Shown here: in pieces, positions 50,601 to 61,072 of the stretch
Position numbering within the stretch: the stretch's first letter is position 1
Layout: the number at the start of each line of letters is the position of its first letter
Origin: Lingula anatina
Lineage: Eukaryota; Animalia; Brachiopoda
Reading direction: 5' to 3'
NCBI GenBank assembly: GCA_051362555.1
Contig: CM120644.1
Span: forward strand, 13,786,567 to 13,850,566
DNA: 64,000 nt
Program-made: the position numbers and the translations under genes
The notes under the pieces: model-generated
What the model saw: only the letters and a program-made list of their open reading frames with translations
What the model was told of the DNA's origin: nothing
Database searches by the model: none

Positions 50601-53600
50601 CATGTCAATCTGACAGGAAAAGAATGAGATATGGGGATTGAAGTTTAGACTATGTTATCAATCTTCAAAGCTGAGAAATCGCTCATAAACCATTTGGCTC
50701 AGGTAATTGGGCTAATTTAGCAAACTAATTGCACCTCCACCTTACCTGTTATCATCTTATTGATCGGGAAGGTCTATACACCATTACGTGTTAAAATTGG
50801 GTTGTTTGTTTCTATCTAGATGCCAGAAAATCTTACTTTTGTACGCAAACTTATTCGCACCACGAAAGCCGCTCTTCCCTGAGAAATGATTGACAGCTGA
50901 GTAGGTCTACCTACTCTCGTTTCACTGACGTAATTAATCATAATTGTGCCTGACGCAGTAGGAGTCTGTGCACTGTCTAGGAAGTGTCTAAGGAAGCGCT
51001 AACAAACAAAAAGAAAATTACTTGAGGTGCAAGCAGAGGACAATGCCACCCGTCGTGCGTGGACGCGAAAATGGAGAAAGCAAAGAAAGAATTACTCCGA
51101 GAAACGGCCGAATGTGGGTACGTATCAGCCACGATGCCACAGAGTGCCGAGACCGTAATAGGCGAGTTTGAAAATGTTTTGGGTGGCAATATTATTTATA
51201 AACTTGCTTGCTGTTACGATCTTTATTGTAAATAAAATGATTGCCTAACGATTTTTTTCTGACAACCCCAGACGTTGTACGAATATTCTCAGCAGCTCAA
51301 GTGTGATCTTGACGTGACGTGATTGAGACGCTAAGGGAAAAAAATTTAATATATTGTTAACAATGTAAAAAAAATGGAAACAGTATAATCTCAGTTTAGC
51401 TGACGTAAGACTTATGAGCTGCCAGTGCACGCGTTACAGCTTAAGACAAGTTAGACAGCCATTCTTGCCCCGCCCCCCATAGTAACGGTGCTTGACAACG
51501 GAGGCCGAGCCTAAAGGCTGCCACGGACAGGTAGAAAAACTCGTCCAAATGTATATTTTTAGTCCGTGTTGCAAAAATATAACTTAATTGAGTATTAGAT
51601 ACAATATTGATTATTTCTAACGTATAAAAAACTGAAAATCGAGTTTAAGACGTATTTTTAATATCCTTGACCCCTTAAGTCATCAGGTATCTCATTTCCT
51701 ATCCAAAATGGTCAGTTAAGGTCGACATAGACTTACAATGAGAACTCCTCTTTAAGTCTCCTCCTGTACTGTTTCTTAGGTTTGAAAGTGTGGAAGAGGG
51801 GCAGTTTGATGACCTCTGGCCACACAGCAGGACATGGTGTCCCACACGTCCGGCTGATCAGCTCAAGCTGGGCCAGCTCATGGTTGGCTTGGAATATCGG
51901 TCTCTTGGTGAAGAATTCTCCCAGTATGCACCTGGAAATAGAGCAAGAAATCTTAGTGAATTATGAAGTTTTCAAATCTACTACTGGACTTATAAATTTA
52001 GTACACGGTAAGGATGCAATCTTTTCAGTGGGAGGAAAATATCAATATTTCAGATACACAACTTTTTTTAATCAATTGATTACAGGGAGTTTCAAAGGGT
52101 TTGAGTGAACCAGCCTTTTTGCCAGTAAAAGGTCAGCTCTGGGTAAAAGTTATCTATGTACAGAAAGATTTCAGGTCCACTTTTTCAGAAAAAGCAGTCC
52201 CCCTTTGAGTTTGCTGGCTATGGGCCTGAATTAATGACACTCACCCTACGCTCCACACATCAATAGAAGTCCCATATCTTTCCTCCCCCAGTAGTAGCTC
52301 AGGCGGCCTGTACCATAGCGTGATCACCTTGTTAGTGTACGGCCTCTCCTTGTCTTCAGCCTGGTACAGACGAGCCAGGCCAAAATCTGCCAGCTTGATC
52401 TGACCCCTGGTGGAGAGAAAAAGGACTAAAGGAGAACTGATACCTTTGGTGCCTCAAAATCATAAATTCCATGTGTAAAGGACCTGGTCATTGAAAGGTG
52501 TTCATTCTTATTTTTGGTTCGAGGTAGCCCAGTTGTGAACTCAACAGAAATTAAAAATTTATCCTTTATCTTTCTTTGCTAATTCTTTCTGTATAAAAAT
52601 GTCATTTACCATTGACAGATTATCCATAACTTTCAAATCTTATAAATGGAGATGAAATTTTGCAAAAAAAAAAAAAAGAAAAAAAAACATTTTCACGCCC
52701 AAAACCATCACCACGCCACCCACCTGTTGTTCATGAGAATGTTTGAGCACTTGATGTCCCTGTGGAGGAAATTTCTCTTATGGCAGTAGTTGAGACCATC
52801 CAGGAGCTGTTTGAGGCAGGACGCAATGTGAACCTCGTCAAATGTCACCAGGCCAGACTCCAGAAGTCCCATAAGATCGTGGTCCATGTATTCAAACACT
52901 AAATAGAAGGCACCTGTGGAAAGATGAAGGTCCCTTTTTAAATAGTGCAACTTTGATAATTTAAATAATTTATGAAAAATTAATATTAATATCCATTTGA
53001 TCATGGGTAGTGTTTTCAAAAACAAAGTAAAACAAAGTGAAAAATTATTAATTTATCTGATAATTTTACCTGAATTTTAATCTAATTTTTAAAATCCATT
53101 CATTCACATAAATCAAGTTATATGTGGACAAAATGGAAAATTTCTCAATATTACAATAGCAAACTCCATCATCCATGTCAATTTGAGGCAAGTACTGCCT
53201 CTTTACCTTTGTCCTTTCTAAAATCCAGAGCATCTTTCTTGTCAGTAACAATCTCTTTCAGGTTGACAATGTTTTCGTGGTTCAGCTGCCGTAGGATTTT
53301 GATTTCTCTCACTGCAGTTATTGGGAACCCTTCTTTCTCATTCTCCAGCCTCACTTTCTTTAAGGCTACCATAGCACCTAAAATGATAATTTCAATCAAA
53401 AAGTTCAATGTAAAAAAACTTGTCATTTAGAAATTCAACCTAGTGTAAGAAATAAAATCAGCTCTTAAACTAGTCACACACAAAAAAATTGATATACTTG
53501 ATTATAAAATCAGATAAAAAAAACTAACCTTACTCTTGTTTCTCACCATGCTACAAAACAGCTAACCCCCCCCCCCCCCCCCACTTTTTTTGAAGTAATG

Positions 53601-56499
53601 AACTAAATCAAAATATACACAACATCCTGTTTCACTAAGAGTCACATAACAATGCCCTTCATCATGCATCCTACTCTGACAGATCCGATGCTTTTTTCAT
53701 TACCTGTGATTTTATCCTTAGCTTTATACACCTGTCCGTATGTCCCCTCTCCCACCTGGCTGACTAGGTCAAACATGTCCACACAGCGCTCGCCCCATTC
53801 CTGTTTACGGGCCTGAAGGCGCCGCCTTTCATATAAACTGGAATGAAGAAGTTTACAGTTTTATCTCGAGTTGTGAAAATTCACAAAAAAAAAAAGTTTT
53901 ATAAATGTTGAAGTGAAGAAAATATTGTCACTTTTAAAGACAATATTTTCGTCTCCAGTCTCACTCAAAATTAAGACAAAATACTAAAAACTTAGCAGTA
54001 GAACATAAACTACAATACACCATAAGTACAAAGTGAAAATTTAACAACAATAACAACAACAAAAATATCATTTGACATCCGTTTTCAAAATATTTTTTCA
54101 AGTCATTTTCCATATCAGGATTTCCAAATCACAAGACGAATATTCATAGAGATAAGAAATTGTGTACTCTTTTTTCACTTGAAAGCAACAAAATTCAAAA
54201 TCGAGTTAAAAGCATTTATCTATTTATAAAGATAGTTAGTCCAAAACCATACCTTGATTTGGCAGGCCTGCTGTTTTCTGCACTGTCAGACCTGGGAGAA
54301 ATGAGCGGTGATTTTGGCGACCCCTTCCCAGGTTCGTCATACATCGGCGGAAGAGGCAGGTCACGCATTATACTGCGTGGACGGTTTTTGCTTGTGTCCT
54401 GACCTCGACTTCCCTTCTTGTGACCAGGACTGGGATGAAAAACAAGTTAAACTTTTTAGGAATGGTAGACTGAATTGATGTTGGTCATTATCAAAATTTA
54501 TGAAAAGTCTTTTCCTGAAAAATTGAACCAGACATTGTTTAGAACCTGTTCCTGATCAGTTTTACTTTGCAAAAGAATCTAACAAAACAGATCTTGTGAT
54601 CCGTACAAATGCCATCATTTCCACATTTCAAGATTTGGAAAATGTGACCACAAACACAGTGGGCAGGGGGAAAAAAAACAGTTACAGTTTTTCCATCCTA
54701 CAATATTTAACTTACCTGTACGGACTAAGTTCACTATCACTCTGTTCATCATCTGTCCCCATGGGAGGTAAGGGCAGCCGCGGTAATGTCGATGTTGAAC
54801 GAGAGGGTGACACTGTAGGGGGTCTTCCTTGGTTATCTCGTCCACCATCGGGCCAATTCTGATCACGTCTGTCTTGACCTGTATTCACAATGTCCCGTCT
54901 TCCCTGTCCGTCCAAATTTGACTTCCCATCAATGCGTTTCGTTACAGTTTTGTAATCCGTGACATCGTGACGAACATCGTGCATAATCACCGGTGCACTG
55001 GGAGGCTCAGACACTCCACTTGAACCACTAGCGTTTTCAACTTTTGAAGTTAATTTCTCAGTTTTTATCTGGTCCCTCTGAGACCCCTGTCGTGGTGGGT
55101 CCTCACAGATTGCACTTGGTTGGTCGGGGGTATTTTTAGCACTGCTCGGCTCCGATTTGATGTCTTTATTTCTGTTTAATAATCCCTCGCGGGCTTTCCT
55201 ATGTTTACTTAGCTCTGCAGCTAAGCTAGTGGCATATTTTACAGTAGTATGACTGATTTTGGTATTGGAGTATGATGACGTGGAGGCAGAGCCTCCATTT
55301 TTGGGAGATCGGCTTCGAGATCTCCTACGTGAATATGACCTTGACCTTGAACGAGATCTTCTCGACTTGGAAGATTTGGATCTGCTCGGGCTTCTTTCCC
55401 GGGATCTTCGGCTTCTTTTGGAGGTCGACCTGAAAATATGTGGAGTAATGTGAAAATTTTAGTAATTCACTTTTTGCAGTAACTGAAAATTTGTCATAAC
55501 AAAAAAATTTTTTTTTAAATGTCACTCATGTAAATGTACATCATCAATATCTGTCAAATTAATCCTATCATCTTAAACGTAATACACAATATGTCCTCGT
55601 TGTAACTAGTGAAACTATAATAATCCAATTCAAAAGCTGCAACTTAAAAAAAAAATTCCTTGTGACTCTATTGTGCAGATTCCTTATCTATTCCAAAATG
55701 TGTACCTGCTACTGTATGGACTAGGGGACTTGGACTTGTGTTTTCTGGACTTGGAATATGGACTCCTTGAGCGATATCTTTTTCTTGGAGGTGGTGTAGG
55801 AGACTTTCGACCTTCATCACTATATAATCGCTCACGGTAAGCCTTGGGAGGGTTGGCATAAGCTTTTGGTGGATCAGCATATGCTTTGGGAGGCTCTGTG
55901 TAAGCTTTTGGAGGTTCAGCTTTTGCTCTCTGAGAAGTTGGTTGTGACAGCTTCTCAACATATTTTGCACTAGTAGTACTCGTAGGTTCCACATCCCGTG
56001 TCTTTTTCTGCTCTTTAGTCCTTCCAGAACGTTCATCGCGTTCATTTTTATTATTCTTGTCAGATTTTTTCACATACTCATGCTCACTGTCCTTATCCCT
56101 TACCACAGGTGAATTGCTGTGGCTTCTTTCTTTAAGATAGTTTTTGATTGCTGTACCTGGGGAGAGGCTTCGCTTTGATCTCCTTTCATCGGAACTCCGC
56201 GATTTCACTATATCTGGTGGTGGAGGTGATGGACTGTGGGTTGAAAAATGTTCTGACTCCGAACTTATGTCATCATATCCTATATTTACCAATGACTTGT
56301 GAGAGTCCACTTTTTCCTCCTGTCTCTCTTTGCCATGTTTCCCCCTTTTCTTATGTTTCTTCTTGTGTTTTCTGCTATTTCCACTGGATTCGTGCGAGAT
56401 CGACGAAGCATAGTACCTGGCGTCAAATTCAGGATCTACCTCGACGTCTAACTCGCCAGAGAAGCCTCCTTTTCTTGCAAAGTCCTTGTGCCCTGGCAT
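47669..56499 (-). CDS. CDK12: Cyclin-dependent kinase 12/13 (single invertebrate ortholog)
   Basis: Exons 55706-56499, 54716-55429, 54253-54429, 53704-53837, 53207-53377, 52724-52913, 52245-52406, 51737-51931, 49613-49744, 47669-49035. RS-rich N-terminus, [73 protein letters not shown], and C-terminal [12 protein letters not shown]. Confidence 0.97.
49487..49550 (-). repeat. Degenerate tandem duplicate of the 3' end and splice donor of CDK12/13 exon 9
   Basis: GCTGAGCAGGCACTGAA...GAGAACATTGACACTGCCTCCATTCC..CCAGA|GTAAGT recurs 126 bp downstream. TGG is changed to TGA in the copy, which is embedded in CA repeats. Confidence 0.85.
50171..51674. mobile_element. Non-autonomous Kolobok-like DNA transposon (1.5 kb) in CDK12/13 intron 8
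   Basis: TTAA|GGGGTCTAGGATATTAA ... TTAATATCCTTGACCCC|TTAA. A TTAA TSD with purine (RR) termini fits Kolobok rather than piggyBac. Confidence 0.8.
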
Positions 56500-57310
56500 A
56501 TTTCGTTTTGATCACCACATGTTGTCTGTAGTTTGTGGAGTTCCCAGTAGATGGCTTCGTGACCTTGACCTTTTTCAAACAGATCGACGTGAAAAAATAC
56601 AATCCTACTCATGTATATGCCCGCTAATTTGGGCTTTGAGAAGCCCAAGTGTTTCTCTAACTTTCCATAGCTGTAATCCACGTCCGCACACCACAAAATT
56701 CACCGAATTTCTAGATATGTTTTGGTACAGAAATGTACATTCCTCATATGCACCCGGGTGAACAGATGCTTCAGAATCTTTAGAATTCCTTTCAAACTCT
56801 ACGTTATCAGCTGTAAATTCTAGAAACAAATGACTCGTAACTCTTTACGTTTTAAGAATATTTTTTAGATTTTGACGATGCAAAAAGATGAACGGTGATT
56901 TCGACGGATTTGTAACAACAAAATATTAGGACAGAATTTCCCCTCCATACAGGAAGTTCGATATCTAATAATGCATTGTGGGTAATGCAAATCTTGATGA
57001 CGTATTTCGCAAGTGCTAGATTTCAAGCAGACATTCAACAAGTAAAAATCAGGTATAAACAAATATTAACTGGGTAATTAAGAAATTTAAAAGAATAGCT
57101 ACCAAGTGTCTTAAGTATTTTAACCTTACGTTCTTTCTTCTTACTTCTCTCTTCCCTCCACCTGTGCAAGGTCTACCAAATCTTTTCGCCGGTGACTCCA
57201 CCTCCTTTCTTCTTTCTCTCCCCCCCCCCCCTCCGCATCTCCCCTCCCTCGATGCAATTTACCTACTCTTAATGCAATGCATCCCGGTCGGTTTAACTTG
57301 TATCTTCATG

Positions 57311-57362
<52 letters not shown>

Positions 57363-57387
57363 AATCATTCGTTTTCAGATTTAATTG

Positions 57388-60300
57388 CCCTTACGAAAAT
57401 TTCCTATAGGATCCTATAGGATTCCTATAGGATCCTATAGGAAATCTTATAGGATCCTATAGGGCACATTTCCTATAGGATTTCCTATAGGATCCTATAG
57501 GAAATTGTTGTAAGTTAAAATCTTGAGAAAAATGCATATCTTATAAACATATATCATTCTAAACAATAGATATTTGATATAGGTCCATTTTATCAGTTGA
57601 ATTGTCAATTATATATCACTATTAAAGCAAAAATGCTTTTTATTGTTTATAATGCACAATCTTATAGTCTTCTATAGGATTTTATAAAAATTCTTTAATT
57701 TCTTTTTTAAAGAATTTTTGAAAAAAATTGATCATTTTAAAGTAATCTTTTATAGAGAAATATTTTATCATTAGGAATGTTTTTGTACCAAATCATTGAA
57801 GCTGATTTTTTTTTAATTCATGTTCAGACCATTACAAAAATCTTATAGGAATTTCTATAGGAACCTATAGGAAATCCTATGCTAATATAATTCATTTAGG
57901 GAATTTTTATAAGCCAGGTTGAATGAAAAATAATGAATCTGGTTTAAATATCAGTATATGATTTTGATTTTTAATTTATGTTCAGACCATTACAAAAATT
58001 CCTATTGGATCCTATAGGAGATCTTATAGGAATTCCTATAGGAAATCCTATGCCAATTCATATAGGTAATTTTTGTAAGGCCAGGTTGAATGAAAAATAA
58101 TGAATCTGGTTTAAATATCAGTATATGATTTTGATTTTTAATTTATGTTCAGACCATCAAAAAATTCCTAAAGGATGCTATAAGAAATCTTATAGGAATT
58201 TCTATAGGAACCTATAGGAAATCCTATGTTAATCCATATTAATTGTGAATTTTTATTAGGCCAGGTTGAATGAAAAATAATGAAACTGGTCTAAATATCA
58301 GTATATAATGTATTTTTACTTTTTGTGTGATCATATTCACTTCATATTTCATATTTATTGAAAGTCAACCTTATCTAATCAGACTGTACTTGACCTTGGC
58401 TGTTGTGAAAGTGCAATCCTGCCTAATATATAAAATATAATGTAAAAGTAAGTGAACATTTAGGGTATAGTACTAGCTGTCCCTCATAAAGGATGGGAAA
58501 CAAGGACAAATTAATGTTTATAAAGATAAATTTTATGCTCAATCACTTGTAAGATTTAACAGTCAACTCAGGCCCGTAGCCAGGGGGGGTTCGGGGGTTC
58601 GAAAGAACCGCCCCTTTTGCTGGAAAAAGGTCCACTCTGGGTAAAATTTGATCTAGGTACATGAAGTTTTTATGGGAAAAGGTCCACTTTTTCAGAAAAA
58701 GAACCCCCCTTTTGAAATTGCTGGCTACGGGCCTGCAACTGATGTTAGCTAGAGAATGCCCTACTCCACCAACCATAACCATAGATTCAACAACTGTGAA
58801 TTTCTTTTGTTAGCTTGGCACCTATTATTAGGTCACTACTCCTGTAGCTATTGTTACACTAGTAACAGTAACCGCCTATTAGGTGTTATCAGATGTGTGG
58901 TATCCTGTCTAAGTCTTTGTTTATATGAGACAAGCAGCAAATGAGTGTACAGCTATCAAGCCAGTTTAAATTCTGGAGCATAGTGGAAGGGTACAGAGTG
59001 TAGAAAAATCAGATTGAGGAAGGTATGTATTACAGTAATGCATTGGATCATTTGGGCATCTAATCAAATTGAAAATGAGATGATTGATCTAATTTGTAGT
59101 GTACCTTGTAAACATCATATCTATATTACATTAAACAAGTTATAATTTATAAAGTATAGCTTCCCTTTTAGCCAACAAAGAAATACTGTTTATTCTCTTT
59201 ATTTCTTATAAAACTGTGATCAATTGCCCATCAAAATATTTCTATAAATGCAGTTGAATCTAAAAAAAAAATTACATTTCATATAACTTTTGGTTTGTGA
59301 TTTATTAAAAATTATCTATTAATGTTATCCACAACTGCCTCAAAGGAACCATCATGATATATAACTGAGAAAGACCTATGCTAATAAATAACATACAATT
59401 AACATGTTAGAGAGGCTGTCAGGGCAAATTTCATTACCTCACATGTTCTTCAGGATCGTTTATTTGCCAACTTTTCTTTTCATTTAATTTCTTTTCAACC
59501 ATAAATGTGAGGTAAACACCATAGTTTGTTTAAAAATATTTTTTGCTTACCTATACATATTGGAAATGAAATGTGCATTGTGAAAATCTGACCATTTTGC
59601 TTACACGGAAGCTATAAATTTTAACTTGGAGTTGCTTTTTTTGTGGTTTGGACTGATGATTTAAGTCAAGCAAAGACTGGTCAGAATATAGGGAATTACT
59701 GTTTACCCTCGGAAATTAGTTTTCCATGAGTTTTTGAGACTTTTTTTGGCCCTGACAGCTCTGTAATGGCCCAATTGCATATTTAACCAGAGTAGAGTTT
59801 TCTCCACTGCTGATTTCTGCATTTTAAAATTCGTTTCTGATTGTTCCTGTGGGCTTGGTTCTATGAAATATGTTCAAGTTCTTAAAAATTTTTTTTTACA
59901 AATTATCCAGCTTTAATACCTTGTCTTTGAAAAAAACAGTTAACTAATAAAGGCTATGAAATGCTCAAAATAAAATTGGTGCAACAATTATTATTGATCT
60001 CATTAGAAAATCTTTCCTTCATCATTTTGCATTTTTGTAGACATGTACAATTAATTGAAATTCACAATGTTTTTCTTTTAGATTGTGTCTGCAAATGGTT
60101 CAACACAACTTAGATGGAGTTTAAGAAGACTATCACAGTAAAGTTGAACAATGTGCAAAAGACTTTTGTCTAAAATTCTTCAATTATTAAGTGACTAAAG
60201 CAGTATGCTGACAATGTACACAATCTGGCCAAGGGAGGTTTTAGCCACTCATTCTGGCAGGAGTTCGAACGCACACAAGAAAAAGACAGTGATGCCACAG

Positions 60301-60948
60301 CTTGACAAGACATATTTGATCCTTGTGATAACTTATAGAACTTATAATTCAAAAGCAGTAGCAGCATCGTTAAATTTGCAAAAATCTATGAAACAATTCT
60401 CTAGTAAGCTGGTTGCATAGCATACTGTGGAATATGTACATTTATACATTTTTATATATTGAATAAAGAATGTAAACATGATACTCTCTTTTGTTTTGAG
60501 GGACCAGTGCCTATTACCAATTTTGCCTAAGTTCCAACAATATATAAAAAGCTGTAAAAATATTCAAAACAGTTAATATAAATTTTTATAGGATCCTATA
60601 AGATTTCCTATAGGATCCTATAGGAAATTGGGCCAATTTCCTATAGGAACCTATAGGAAATTCTATAGGATCCTATAGGATCCTATAGGATATTCTATAG
60701 GATCCTATAGGAAATTGGGCCAATTTTCTATAGGAACCTATAGGATCCTATAGGATATTCTATAGGATCCTATAGGAAATTGGGCCAATTTCCTATAGGA
60801 ACCTATAGGAAATTCTATAGGATCCTATAGGATATTCTATAGGATCCTATAGGAAATTGGGCCAATTTCCTATAGGAACCTATAGGAAATTCTATAGGAT
60901 CCTATAGGAAATTTCCTATAGGAATCCTATAGGAAATTTTCGTAAGGG
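57388..60948. mobile_element. 3.56-kb non-autonomous EnSpm/CACTA-like element with CCTATAGG subterminal arrays
   Basis: TIR CCCTTACGAAAATTTCCTATAGG at both ends and TG on both flanks (2-bp TSD). CCTATAGG arrays at 57400-57505 and 60585-60935. Three ~180-bp internal tandem units at ~57810-58310. Confidence 0.85.
58569..58735. mobile_element. CAGGCCCGTAGCCAG-family MITE nested in the EnSpm-like element, 5-bp TSD CAACT
   Basis: CAACT|CAGGCCCGTAGCCAG...CTGGCTACGGGCCTG|CAACT, perfect 15-bp TIR. Confidence 0.9.
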
Positions 60949-61072
60949 TGGTCTTCTCATTCTGTTATACAGTAGCTACTGTAGTACTATATGTTATTAT
61001 ATTTATTTGGGAGATCTGATATCAGATTTCAAATATATATATGCCCCTTTTTCTTAAACTTAAATAGGTGCC

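Noticed and set aside
50167-51678. piggyBac assignment because of the TTAA TSD
   Set aside because: Termini begin GGGG (and AGGG for 62384-62719), not the CCY typical of piggyBac.
60585-60948. CCTATAGG/GGAAATTGGGCCAATTTCC array as a CRISPR-like array
   Set aside because: No unique spacers and no cas genes. It is the subterminal repeat of a TIR element.
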